Part shown: positions 1-12,413 of the stretch, piece by piece
Numbering within the stretch: the first letter of the stretch is position 1
Layout of the letters: the number at the start of each line of letters is the position of its first letter
Assembly: GCA_013239625.1 (NCBI GenBank)
Contig: MU053574.1
Coordinates: 495,844-559,843, forward strand
Direction of reading: 5' to 3'
Source: Lama guanicoe
Taxonomy: Eukaryota
Length of the DNA: 64,000 nt
Position numbers and translations under genes: made by a program
Notes under the pieces: generated by a model
Database searches by the model: none
What the model was told of the DNA's origin: nothing
The model's input: the letters and a program-made list of their open reading frames with translations, nothing else

Positions 1-334
1 GGGACACCACCCCGTGGGAGCCTTAGTGCTGGTGGCACCGCGCTGTCCTGCACCCCCAGGTCCCCAGTGTGGGGTGCGGCGTACGGCCCCACCACTAGAG
101 GGGGTTTGTCCCAGACAGTGCCTGCCCCAGGGGACGGACTCCCTGGCTCTGCGGTCAGACGGCCCGGATTCAGCCCAAGGCTGCCCTTACCAGCATTCTC
201 CACGGCTCCTGACTGTGAAATGGGGATGACAGCGGCAGCTCCCCACTTCAGTGAGTCGGAGGCTCAGCAGAGCTCAGTGCCTGGCAGTTATGGCGTTACT
301 ATTACTATTTCTATTGCTGTTGTTCTTGTTGCTA

Positions 335-634
<300 letters not shown>

Positions 635-1159
635 TCAGGATGCCTGGTGTCGCAGGCCCGTGGTCACTTTCCTCCTGGCTCCGCCCCCTCTCCCAGCCTG
701 ATTTCCAGGCTCCCGCCCCCGGCCCCACCTGTGACCTCAGCTTAGCGCTCTCGGGGTGAGACCACGGGATGCCCAGGGTGTGTCGTCCCTGGAGCTCTCT
801 GGGTCTGGCCCGCTGCCGCCCTGAGGGTTTGGATGCATCCCAGACAGCCGTGTAATTCACTCTGTAGCTAACACAGCGCTGGTGGTTACCAGGGACTCCA
901 CGATGTTGGAACCAAGAATGTGTGAGTCCACGGATTGTCACCGTTTCTGGGGAGCAGGTCCTCGCCACGGCCTCCTCGTGGAGGAGGAAGGTGGCCTCCC
1001 TCTGGGGGAGGGATGTGGGGGTCAGTTCGGAGCCCTCGAGGTCTCTGTGGGTGAGATTTCAGAGGCACAGGGAAAGTCCTGCTCCTCCTTAACACACGCC
1101 CTGTGCCCCCCAACAGATGCTGGCAAGCCCCAAATTCGGGGCCTGCAGCTCATGGGGTC

Positions 1160-1536
1160 TGCTCCGAAGTGAATTATGTCCCCTCCAGATTCCTGTGTGG
1201 AAGCCCCAGCCCCCAGTGAGTGCGTATTTGGAGCTGGGCCTTTAAGGAGGTGACTAAGGTTCAGTGAGGTCAGGGGGTGGGGCTGTAGTCCAGTGGGGAC
1301 AGGTGTCCTTTTAAGAGGAGGAAGCGTCACCAGGGACGTGCACAGAGAAAAGGCCACGTGGGGACACGGGAGGAAGGTGGCCGTCTACAGGCCAAGCAGA
1401 GAAGCCTCCAGTGGAACCGGCATGCTGGCACCTTGATGGTGGCCGTCCAGCCTCCGATGGTGAGAAAACAGATTTCTGTTGTTTAAGCCACCAGATCCGT
1501 GGTACTTTGTAACGGTCACCCCAGCAGACTCACACA
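1160..1536 (+). mobile_element. MaLR solo LTR (MLT1A/B-like)
   Basis: gaattatgtcccc...gtatttggag.tgggcctttaaggagg...tttctgttgtttaagccacc...ggtactttgt...ca. Confidence 0.8.
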
Positions 1537-2582
1537 GGGTCCCAGGTCTCCAACGTCAGCATCAGAGTGGGGGGGCCCTGACTCTGCATTTTAAATCTGT
1601 GCTCAAGGAATTCCAGGCACAGTTGGAGCTTAGCCCCATGGCCGTGATCCTCGTGAAAGTTCAAAACTCCCCAGGAGAGCTAACAGCTGAACAGGGGGCT
1701 CTTTACACCTACAGCCTTGGTGTAGAGACACCCCATCAAACCCCTTTTATTGATTCATTTTGTTAATCAATTATATTAATTTTATTGACTGCATCCGTGG
1801 ATAACTTACGAGCCCTTTGGATCAGCTGTCCTCTAGGCTTTCGAGAACCGCTCTGACACTTTATCTTCAGACCAAAGCAGAGAGGCTGCCCAGCCAGGGG
1901 TTAATGATTTGGTCCTCAGAATTGGAGGGACGCAGGCAAGTCTCGTCACCTTTCCAGCCTCGGTCCCCTCTGTGGGAAACGGGGCATTGATGCCTGACAA
2001 ACAGGTAACTGTAGGATTTGCTGAGTTAGCTTTGAGCAGAGTGTCTGGTCCAAGATGACTGTTCACTAAACGGAAGTTGTTACCAAGAATTTCATCTGCT
2101 GGCATCACCGTCCCAAATCCAGGACAGCCTTACCTGCTGGAGAGACAGGCTTCCCCTTGGATGGTGGCAGTTTGACCTTGCAAACCAACCATCTTATCAA
2201 CCCCAATAAACCGTATACCAGCCCCTCAGCATTTGGTGGATCTGAGTTTGTAGCCGTTTGATGGACAACGTAGCAGCCACAGAAAATCTTGGAATAGGAA
2301 GAGAACTCCCGGGTTGGCTCAACAAGTGTTTTCTGAGTGCCTCGTATGTGCTGGGCCCAGCATGGCAGGCCCTCATTTCGTCCGACCCCCTATTTTTGCC
2401 CAGTGAGGTAACTGAGACCCCAACAGAGTAATGAATTATTCAAAGTCACAGCCGTGGGGCTGAGCCAGTCCCCACGCATCTCTAGACTCAGAATATGTGT
2501 CCTCGGAGGCTTGGGATTCCGGGGACTCACGACAATCTGAGTTGCCATGAGTTAGCTGCTGATTAAAGTCATGACTCTGGCA

Positions 2583-2670
2583 GAGGGTAGGTTAGCTCAG
2601 TGGTAGAGCAGGTGCTTAGCATGGACAAGGTCCTGGGTTCAATCCCCAGTGGCTCTGTTAAAACTAAATA
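2583..2670 (+). mobile_element. tRNA-Ala-derived SINE (camelid vic-1 type), diverged
   Basis: tagctcagtggtagagc (A box)...gcttagcatg...gggttcaatcccc (B box), followed by an A-rich tail. Confidence 0.85.
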
Positions 2671-3802
2671 GATCGGAGCTCTAGATTGGAGCTATAAAGC
2701 AGCGTGTAATGGCAATGCTTCCTTGGAAACTGGTCGTTCCCATAGTGAGATGACTCTTTCTTGAGCCATTAACAAACAAACTAGTCACAGGCTGCTTTTA
2801 AAATATTATTATAGCACTCTGCTCTTTAATGAGCTGTTGTGAACGGCCGGGAGGGGCATTGGCACCTGGCCGGTCCCGGGTCCTGGGCCCTTCCGTCCTG
2901 CAGCCTCTCCTGGCCGGTCCCAAGGCGCCGGGACCCCTGATAACCCTTCCACTCCCCGGCTTGGTCCTGGAGCATCACCAGCGCTGTCGCGGCATCCTGA
3001 GCTTCCCTGTAACGGGCAGGAGTGGGAGCACGCCAGCAGGGAAGGCCCGGGCTCCTGGGCGGGACGCTCCTGGGTCCCGGCCTGGCTGTGACACCTTGGC
3101 CAGTCACTTAGTCTCTCTGAGACTCAGTTCAACCATCTGAAAGTGAAATAAACTGAACGGTCTGATGAGATGTGGCCCTCACGGGGCGTTCCCGAGGAGA
3201 AAACACAACGAGGGCTGCACGCGGGGTCCAGTTCTCCGCGTGGAACGTGGAGGAGGGACGGCGTTCGTGCGATTGTTGCAGCAACCAGACACTGAAGTCG
3301 TGCTGCGGACGACGTCTGTGTAACGCCACGTGAACATAAAGCGGCTGTGATTTTGCTGTGATCCGTCTGGATCTCCTGGAGAAGAGGCCAGCCTGAGTGC
3401 TCCAAAAGTTCGAATTTCAGAATCCATTTTAAAGGGAGTACCATGTTTAGCATCTTCAGTGCAGTCAGCAATGCAAATTAAGAGCTAAAGGTTTTTTCCC
3501 CAGTAAAAACCTCACCGAGACTCATATTGTTAGCAGTGGGCAGTGCTTGGCTGTCGTACTGTCCTCCGTTCAAGTTTCCCTTGTGCCAGTCTAGGAGCTC
3601 GGGTAACACCCTCCTCGCAGGCTGGTCCAGTGCACTTGAGATGATGTGTCTGATGGGCGTGGAGTGTTTAGGGTGGGGCTTACTCACGAACTGGAAACAA
3701 AACATATCACTAACGTTTGATAAAGTGTGTTCTTGACAGTCCCCTCCCGGAAGTGGGTTGTTCTCTTTTAACTTTGCCTTACCCACCTTTTCTTTCCTTT
3801 TC

Positions 3803-3924
3803 TTTTAGGGGGAGGCAATTAGGTCTACTTTTATTTATTTATTTTTTAATGGAGGTACTGGGGATTGAACCCAGGACCTTGGGCGTGCTAAGCTCACCCT
3901 CTGCCACTGAGCTAAACCCTCCCC
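3803..3924 (-). mobile_element. tRNA-Ala-derived SINE (vic-1 type)
   Basis: ggaggtactggggattgaacccaggacc...gctaag...ccactgagctaaaccctcccc with the family 3' tail aattagg/tttatttattt. Confidence 0.9.
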
Positions 3925-4072
3925 ACCCAGCATTTTCTTTACAGATAGACCAGGCCAGGTGAGTTGAGTTTACAATCTGACTTCCAGGTGTGTGGAGTCA
4001 TGACGAGGTTTGGTGGGAGAGTCTCTGGGCAGGAGCTGGCAGACAGGGTTCCCATTCTGCCGCCGGGGCTCA

Positions 4073-4405
<333 letters not shown>

Positions 4406-4603
4406 TCAGACAGGCTTGGGGTCTGGGAAGGGCCAGCGGGCCCCTCTCCCCCGGAGGCTGCCCACCTGATGGTGGGGGCTACAAGGCAAAGTGCTCCTCC
4501 CAAGCCTGGGAGGGGCTCTTTCCCACCTTCTGCAGCCGTTGAAGAAACAGGTGCCGTGTGTGAGTCGTTCAGCAAACACTGCTCCCAGACCAAGTGCTGG
4601 GCC

Positions 4604-5000
4604 TGACGGGGAGGCAGACCCTCTCCCTGACCAGACTGTAGACAGGCTCCCCGGAGCCCTCTGTCTGATTAGACCTCAGCCTCGAGACCTGTCTTTGGCT
4701 GCTGATGCCAGTCGTACCAAAGGACCCTGCTAGGTCAGTCTGCCACCCTTGGTACTGGTCACCTTGGCCTGCCTTTGCCAATAATCCTGTTAAGTCAGTT
4801 TAGCAAGAATCCCCCTACCCTCGAGGTCTCTCTCCTCTCAGTAGCTTTCCACCCACTCTGCTCCTGGGCTGTAAGTCCCCACTTACGCTGTGCTCAGAAC
4901 TGAGGGCAGCTCTATAGTGAAGTCACTTTCCCCTTTGCAATAGTGCTGGATAAAATCCGTCTCTGCCACTTTAAGCAATCAGCTCTGGTTCTCCTTGACA
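4604..5000 (+). mobile_element. ERV1-class solo LTR (MER31/MER67-like)
   Basis: tgac...ctctccctgaccagact...caggctcc...gtcagtttagcaagaatcccccta...ataaaatcc...tgaca. Confidence 0.6.
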
Positions 5001-5677
5001 GGAATCTCCAGCCAAGAAGCGCGTCTCCTGTGTAGAGCATTGTGTATGCCCCACTCCTGCACAGCACTGTAGAGTGGGTGCTATGATCACCCCCATCCTG
5101 GAGATGAGAGGGTAAGGTCCCGGAGCTGCGTGAGACCGTGTCAGAGGAACCTAACGGGAGATGAGGGGACTTCTTTACGGAAGAACCAAAGCTAATAAAA
5201 TGCAGGATGAAGGGCAGAATTGAAGGGAAGAGAATCATTACATTGCAACTCGTGATGAAACCATGGATTCAGGTAATAATCAACGGCTGCTAAATATTAG
5301 GTGGAAAGCTGATGGGGAACCTCACAGGGGTGGGTAGCAGCTGAAGCAAATGATCACGATTTTTATTGGGGTAAAATATCCATAACATAGAATTTACCCC
5401 AGTGACCCATCTTACTGCCTCTGAAAGTGACAGACACGGTGCCAGAAGTGATACAATAGGAGGTACTCAGCACCACCCGTCAGATACTTTTGGGGGGAAA
5501 ACACCCAAAGTGAACTGAAGCTAATCAGACGTCTAGACCAGCATTGTCCAACAGAAATATTATGTGGGCCACCGTGTAACCAAAATACTTCCAGTCGCCG
5601 TGTTAAAGGGTCGAAAAATAAACAGATGGCATTAATTTCACTAATTTATTTTATTTTTTTTAAAATGTCTTAAATTC

Positions 5678-6007
5678 AGGACACTATTGAACTCATCTCC
5701 AAAACAGAAACAGACTTGCAGACATAGTGAACAATCTTATGGTTACCCAGGGATGGGGGTGGGGGAGGGAAGGGGGTGGCAAGGGATAGATTAGGGAGTT
5801 TGAGATTTGCGAATGATAACCACTATATATAAAAATAGATTAAAAAATAAGTTTCTTCTGTGTAGCACAGGGAGATATATTCAATGTCTTATAATAACCT
5901 TTACTGAAAAAGAATAAAAAATGAATATAGGCATGTATCTGCATGACTGAGACACTGTGCTGCACACCAGAAATTGACACATTGTAACTGACTGTACTTC
6001 AGTAAAA
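5678..6007 (+). mobile_element. 5'-truncated L1 3'UTR fragment (cetartiodactyl/camelid-type L1)
   Basis: aaaacagaaacagactt.cagacatag...ttatggttacc...gggagtttgagatttgc...tagcacaggga...ccagaaattgacac plus poly(A). 16-bp TSD aaaat(g/t)tcttaaattc at 5662-5677 and 6008-6023. Confidence 0.88.
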
Positions 6008-6023
6008 AAAATTTCTTAAATTC

Positions 6024-6145
6024 TGTTTTGGGGGGAGTAGTTAGGTTTATTTATTTACTATCTTTTAAATGGAGGTATTGGGGATTGAACCCAGGATCCT
6101 GGGCATGCTAAGCACACGCTTTACCATTGAGTTAAACCCTCTCCC
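6024..6145 (-). mobile_element. tRNA-Ala-derived SINE (vic-1 type); tail interrupted by an L1
   Basis: Same consensus. The T-run resumes at about 5654-5661. Likely TSD actaat(t/a)tattttatt at about 5640 and 6147. Confidence 0.85.
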
Positions 6146-6379
6146 TACTAATATATTTTATTACCCTAATATACCTGAAATCTTATCATGTCAGCATGTT
6201 ATCCACTTAAAGATAGTCATGGGGTATTGAAAATGTTGTTTTACATTTTGAATTTAAGTTCATTAAAATTAAATAAAATGAAATATTTGGCTCCTCAGTG
6301 GCGCCATGCTGTGGGTCAAGTGCTCAAAAGCCACAGGTGACTAGAGTGCCATATTGGACACACAGCTCTCAGCCCAGCT

Positions 6380-7010
6380 ACTGCAATTTATAGGAATTGC
6401 AGGGGACAGAGGAACATGCCAAACACCACCATGAGGATGCCCTCTGCCAAGTCTGGTGTGTAGGACATTCTACAAGACAAATGACTCAGTCACTTGAAAA
6501 AGCAAAGGACATTGAAAAAAAAAGATGAGGAAGTGATATAGATTAAAAGTGACTTAAGAAAGGCATCAACTAAAGGCACTGTGTGGACCTTGTTCACATT
6601 CTGATTCAAACAAACCAATGGGGAAAAGGTAGTTTTTAGGCAACCAGGGAAAGGTGAACACTGAGTTTTAGAAGCCATGAGGAAATATCGCTAGTCGTGT
6701 TGTATGTGATAATGGTATTGTGGTTATTTGTTTTAAGTTTTAATGTGAGTGATACATCCTGAAGGTTTTGGGGGTAAAATAATATGTAGCTTAGAATTTG
6801 CTTTAAAAAAATACTCCAGCAAAAAAAAAATTAAGCACAGTAAAACAAAATAATACAAAGTACAAGAATGAAACAGAATTGGCAGAATACATTACTTGTG
6901 GTTAAGCCATGTGACGCGGGTTGATCATGGGAGCACGTTACCCTACTTGCTATACTTTGGTGCATGTTTGAAATTTTTCATAATAAGAAATAAAAAGAGA
7001 AAAAGGAGAA
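6380..7010 (+). mobile_element. Old L1M (L1MC-like) 3' end
   Basis: gattaaaagtgacttaaga...tgtgataatggtattgtgg...gtttgaaatttttcataataa followed by an A tail. Confidence 0.7.
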
Positions 7011-7277
7011 AACCTAGGGATTGAAGCTCATTCGTACCCCTGCTTGCTTCTTTCTAATCTTCCTTTGGGTCACAGATGGTCTTCATGGCCTTCTCTATCA
7101 CTCAGCTCAAGTGTGAGCTGATTGCTTTCTCATTTCTCTGGGTCAGAGGGTCTCAGATTTGATAGTGCATAAAAATCACCTGGGCCCTGTCCCCAGAGGT
7201 TCTGATCCAGGAAATCTGGGAGTGGGGCCCAAGAAAGAGCATTTTTAGCAAATATAGGAAGTAGTTCTGAATCAGAA

Positions 7278-7727
7278 TGTCATGGGTTGAATGGTCCCCC
7301 TCTCGCACAAATATTTTCATCCTAACTTCCGGAACCTGTGAATATGACTTTATTTGGAAAAAGAGCTTTTGCAGATGTGTTCAAGTTAAGGATCCCGAGA
7401 TGGGATTCCTGGTTATGTAAATGCTTTTGAGGGGAGGTTTTAAATCCAATGACAAGTGTCTTCATAGACATACACAGAAGAGCGGTAAAGGAAGTGGGGT
7501 GAAGGCAGAGGCAGAGACAAGCCAAGGGACACCCGGGGCCCCCACAAGTTGGAAGAATCAGGGAAAGATTCTCCACTAGAACTTTCGGAGTGAGCATGGC
7601 CCCGCCCACAGCTCGATTTCAAGCTTCCGGTCTCCAGGACTGCCAGATGCAAGAAAATACATTTGTTGTTTGAAGCGACCAGGTTGGTGGTAATTGGTTA
7701 CGGCTGTCCCAGGAAACGAGTACACAC
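7278..7727 (+). mobile_element. MaLR LTR (MLT1C/D-like), apparently inserted in a MER5-like MITE (about 7145-7760)
   Basis: tgtcatgggttgaatggtcccc...ggaacctgtgaatatgac.ttatttggaaa...tttgcagatgt. MER5-like halves flank it. Confidence 0.75.
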
Positions 7728-9639
7728 GTGTTCCTCAACCCACACTCTGAGAAACACCCAGAGAAACTGCTGTGCAGATGAGCGCTGTCCAGAGAAGGTC
7801 CTGGAAACAGAAATCATGGTCTTTCACAGCTGAAGGCATCGTCCAGAGGTGTTTTGCCAACTGTCAAGTGAGCATGGATACCTGGGGGATCTTGCTATAG
7901 GCACGTTCAGGTTTGATGGGTCTGGGATGTTTAGAGGTGCTGTGTCCGGGACCCACACTTCGAGGCTTAAGACCTCATAGGTCATCCATCCCTGAAGCTC
8001 TTAACCCCCTGAAGTCTCGGGAAGTCGCAGACCATCATTTCTGAGCAGGAGCGTACAGACAGTGTGCTAGGGAGAGGGTCCACAACTTTTACCACATTTT
8101 CAAAGGTGCAAATGCCCCCAGAAATGTTCAGAGCCTCTGATCTTCCCAAATGATCTTATTTCACAGACAAGGGAAGGAGGAAACGAGGAGAGAGGTGACT
8201 CCCAAAGATGGTACAGACAGCGAACCGATGGTGCAAACCTGGAGCCTCTGGCTTTGTGTTTTATTTGGCTGGCATGGCAGTCTATAAAAGTCTTCGCAGT
8301 TGTTGTCAACACCCACCAACTGGGAAATTTTACACTAAAAAACCCAGCTTTCCAGATTGTCTTGAAGGCGTCTCAGCTCTGACGGTGCAGGTGCATTCCT
8401 CCGTGGCAACAACTGGTCGGTGTTGAGTAGCCCGTATCACTTAGCCGGAGTCCCCTCGCGTCCCTATTGTTCCTCACTGACTGCTGATTCTGTGGTCCCA
8501 GAGACAAACACAGAGCCAGAATGGACCCTAAACATCCAGCCCCGACGCTGCTGCGCAGTCTGTGCCCCCTGGGATAGTTCACCCCCTCTGTGTGAGGACC
8601 TCTTTGGGGCCAGGCTGACCTGGGTCTCCATTTGAATGGGGACCCAGTGGCTTTGAAATGCCACTTGAGCACAGAGGCCTTTTGGCAGAGCAGCCTGCAG
8701 TGCTTCTATGAACAGAGCTGCTTTGTTTTCTGGTTCCTTTACCCCTGCGGTGACTTTTATTACTTAATTATTACACACCCCATGCTTCTGGGCAGCCTCG
8801 TTTATAGCCAGGCTTTCTAATGACACAAGACGCGTCATCCGCAAGATCTACCCCAAGAGGCCATTCACGACAGAAAAGCTGTCTTCCCAGCTGCCCCCGC
8901 CGCGCACGTCAGCGCGCACCTCCCCTCGCCGCCTCCTGCATCCTCGCTGCCCGCCGGCCAGCTTTGTGTCCCGCACCGGCCGGCGGTTCCTATTACTGGA
9001 AAGAGGTGGGGAGGGGCTCCGAGTGGGAGAAGAGCCGACACACCTTGTGAGTCACACCAGCCCAGCCCGGGCTGGATGAAGGGGGTCCGCCAGCCTTTGC
9101 CCATTTCTGCTCTGGCTCATTAAGTTGGGTAAAAAGGTGGAGAGGCTTGTCTGACATGGGGACAACCCAGGACATAAATCATATCACATCATTCCTTGCT
9201 TTAAACACCCTCAAGGGCCTCCCAGTTCTCAGCCTAGACTCCTTGTCATGGCCAGCAAAGCCCTTCCCTCTCCAAAACCCTCCCTGACATCGGCGGCTCC
9301 TTTGCCTCCAGGTCTCAGCTGCTGGGTCACCCCCTCAGAGCCCTGTCCCTGACCAGCCCATCCTCAGATGGCCCTCACCAGGTGCCCTCCCATGCAGAAA
9401 CCCTCTCATTCATTCGCTACTGGTTTATAACTGGTCTTGGCCACTGAAAACCAACACCAGTAGGAATGGTTTAGGTCTGAGGAGACGTGGCACAGGGCTG
9501 CTCTCAACAGTTGGGTGTTGTTGAAAAAGAGAGGGGGAGACAGGGCGGGAAGGAGACAGAGAAAGACAGATTAGGCAAAATTTTAGGAGGTACACATTTC
9601 ACAATTCAGAGTGTCCTAAAGAGAATAAATTGATGGAAA

Positions 9640-10635
9640 CTGTCATCTGATGGAGGAAGGAGAGCCTTTTCAACAAATGATGTTGAAACAATTTGATGTC
9701 AGAGACAAAACCAAAATCAAACACACCAGAACCAAAACTCGAAACCCAAAACCAAACTCTTGACCCAAGTCTCACACCTTAGACAAGAATTAACTCGAAG
9801 TGGCTCATAGATGTAAACGTACAACATGAAACTATAAAACTTTCAGAAGAAAACATAGGAGAAAAGCTCTGGGCTTAGGCTAGGCTAGGTGATCAGTTCT
9901 TAGACTTGAGGCCAAAAGCACGATCCACGGGAGAAAAAAAATAGATAAGTTAAACTTCCTCAAAATGAAGACCTTTTGCTCTGGGAAGGATGCTCTTAAG
10001 AAGATGGAAAGACAAACCATGACTAGGAGAAAACGTAGACCATGTGTCTGGCAGAGGACCCTCATCTACGCTGTATAGAGAACTCCTGGGGGCGGGGGCT
10101 GTGGCTCAGTGGTCAAGCGTGTGCTTAGCACCCACGAGGTCCTGGGCTCCATCCCCAGTGCCTCCATTCATAAAAAAGAAAGGAAACATTGAAACAGCAA
10201 CAACTTGGCTGATGTCAAGGCCATTAGGCCAGTCTCAAGAGGTCACATACTGTGTGATTCCACGTATCTACCATTCTTGGAATGTTCCAGGGATTAGGGA
10301 ACCATGGGGGAAGGGGTCACTATGCAGTAGTGTGAGGGGGGGTCTTTGAGGTGATGGAACAGTTGTGTACCTTGATTGTGTACACAAATCTACACTGTGA
10401 TCACATGCATGGAAACCAGATGCACACACACAAAGAAGGGCGTGTAAGACTGGTGCAACCGGGATGAAGGCTGTGTTCCGCACCAGGGTCAGGTTTTTAG
10501 TTTTGGCATCGCACCATAGTTATGTGAGATTTTATCACTGGGGATAACAGGGTGAAGCGCATTCAGGACTTCTCTGTACTATTATCACAGTCGCCGGCGA
10601 ATCTATAATTATTTCAAAGTAAAATATGTTTGAAA
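9640..10635 (+). mobile_element. Old L1 ORF2 3' part and 3'UTR fragments, interrupted by a SINE
   Basis: cttttcaacaaatga...aactataaaactttcagaagaaaacataggagaaaa; ggtcacatactgtgtgattcc...atctataattatttcaaagtaaaa. Confidence 0.75.
10087..10180 (+). mobile_element. tRNA-Ala-derived SINE (vic-1 type)
   Basis: ggctcagtggtcaagcgtgtgcttagcacccacgaggtcctgggctccatccccagtgcctcca followed by an A-rich tail. Confidence 0.85.
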
Positions 10636-11331
10636 ATGCAATCAAGCAGGTTAGAGGGAAGACTGGAAGAGCGTTCTACTTTATGGAAAAACATTACAAA
10701 ATGACTGTCTTTCGAAGAGGTGATCAAAGAGCGTGCAGCTAAAAAAAATGTGAGGGAAAAATGAATATAGGGAGTGTCAGGCAATTAAATTTTTAAAAAT
10801 GTGTTATTTTCTGGGGTTTTGTGGTTTATGATGTTTGTCAGCTTATTTAAAATTTTAATTTGTTCTGATTTCTCTTCTCCTTCTAATTAAGTATTCAGTT
10901 TTATGCCTAAATTTAAATTCCTGATTCTGAATTTTTTTTTTTTAAGACTGCTCCCAAACTTGAACAATCTCCTGGCCCCACAAAACCTAGCGCTGCCCTG
11001 CAGTAGCAGGTAAGACGTTTCTTTTAATTATAACAATGTTCTGTAGACCTTTATGCTAATAATGTGAAAGCAAAACGAAATGGTGATTTGTCCAGGAAAA
11101 ATTAAAAAGATCAAGGCTGACTGAAGTGCGTAAACAAAATGTCAAAAGAGCCGTGGGGACCAGGCCTGAGTGTGCTCGCACACGAGCCTCCCAGCCTTGC
11201 TGAGGATGGCATTCCAGGGCTTTCCAGAGCTTTTCATAAAAAAGCTTCCCACATCATGTTATGATGCCAGAGTAAGACCAAGAGAATGTGTATTTACACT
11301 GCCAGTCAGTCTCACTTATAAGAGCAAATGA

Positions 11332-11944
11332 CATCTTCAATTTCTTTCACCAGTGTCTCATAGTTTTTGGAGTACAGGCCTTTTGCCTCCTTGGATAGGT
11401 TTATTCCTCAGTATTTTATTCTTTTTGGTGGGATGGTAAATGGTATTGTTTCCTTAATTTCATCTTCTGCTATTTCCTTGTTAGTGTATAGAAATGCAAC
11501 TGATTTAATAGATGCCTCTCCAAAGAAGACATACAGATGGCCAACAAGCACATGAAAAGATGCCCAGTATCACTAACTGTTGGAGAAATGCAGATCAAAA
11601 CTACAGTGAGGTATCACCTCACACCAGTCAGAATGGCCATCAGTAAAAAGTCTACAAACGATAAATGCTGGAGAGGGTGTGGAGAAAAAGGAACCCTCCT
11701 TCACTGCTGGTGGAAATGTAAATTGGTGCAGCCACTATGGAGGACGGTATGGAGGTTCCTTAAAAACTAAAAATAGGCTTATCATATGATCTGACAATCC
11801 TGCTCCTGGGCATATATCTGGAGAAAAATACAATTAAAAAAGATACATGCACCCCAATGTTCATAGTAGCACTATTTACAATAGCCAAGACGTGGAAACA
11901 ACCCAAATGTCCATTGACAGATGACTGGATAAAGAAGATGTGTG

Positions 11945-11988
<44 letters not shown>

Positions 11989-12413
11989 TGGAATACTACT
12001 CAGCCATAAAAATAATAAAACAATGCCATTTGTAGCAACATGGATGGACCTGGAGATCGTCATTCTAAGTGAAGGAAGCCAGAAAGAGAAAGAAAAATAC
12101 CGTATTATCACTTATATGTGGAATCTTAAAAAAAACGACACAAATGAACTTATCTATAAGACAGAAGCAGACTCAGAGACATAGAGAACACTTATGGTTA
12201 CCAGGGGTTAAAGGGGATGGGAAGGGATAAACTGGGAATTTGAAAATTGCACCTCCTGGGGAGTGATGGAAATGTTAGCTCTCTTGATTTGCGGTGGTGG
12301 CTTCACGGGCGTACACATCTATTAGAATTCATCAAACTGTACATTTGAAATCTGTGTAGTTTACTGTACAGGAACCCTACCACAATAAATGTGTTAAAAC
12401 AAATAAACAAAAA
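11332..12413 (+). mobile_element. L1 3' part (ORF2 C-terminus and 3'UTR) with an inverted 5' segment (11332-11506, antisense)
   Basis: ORF 11537..11770 reads [11 protein letters not shown]...[17 protein letters not shown]...[24 protein letters not shown], typical of the L1 ORF2 C-terminus. The antisense piece reads KSVAFLYTN...IKETIPFTI...KRIKY. Confidence 0.92.
11948..11986. repeat. (TG)n microsatellite inside an L1
   Basis: Directly visible dinucleotide run. Confidence 0.95.

Larger units (their letters stand above)
5539..6365. mobile_element. hAT-Charlie MITE (MER33/MER3-like) split by the SINE and L1
   Basis: Left end cagcattgtccaacagaaatat; right end caagtgctcaaaagccac...atattggacacacag; preceded by gtctagac. 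Confidence 0.75.

Noticed and set aside
2583..2660. Possible tRNA-Ala(AGC) genes (here and at the other eight tRNA-like sites)
   Set aside because: Stems are disrupted, the copies have A-rich or family-specific 3' tails, and several have TSDs. They are SINEs.
3150..3230. Hammerhead-like CTGATGA...GAAA spacing
   Set aside because: No stem II closing pair and no convincing stems I/III by eye.
7781..7806. REST/RE1-like half sites (GGACAGCGCT and TCCAGGACC on the minus strand; TTCAGCACC near 25715)
   Set aside because: Non-canonical spacing and mismatches; compatible with chance.
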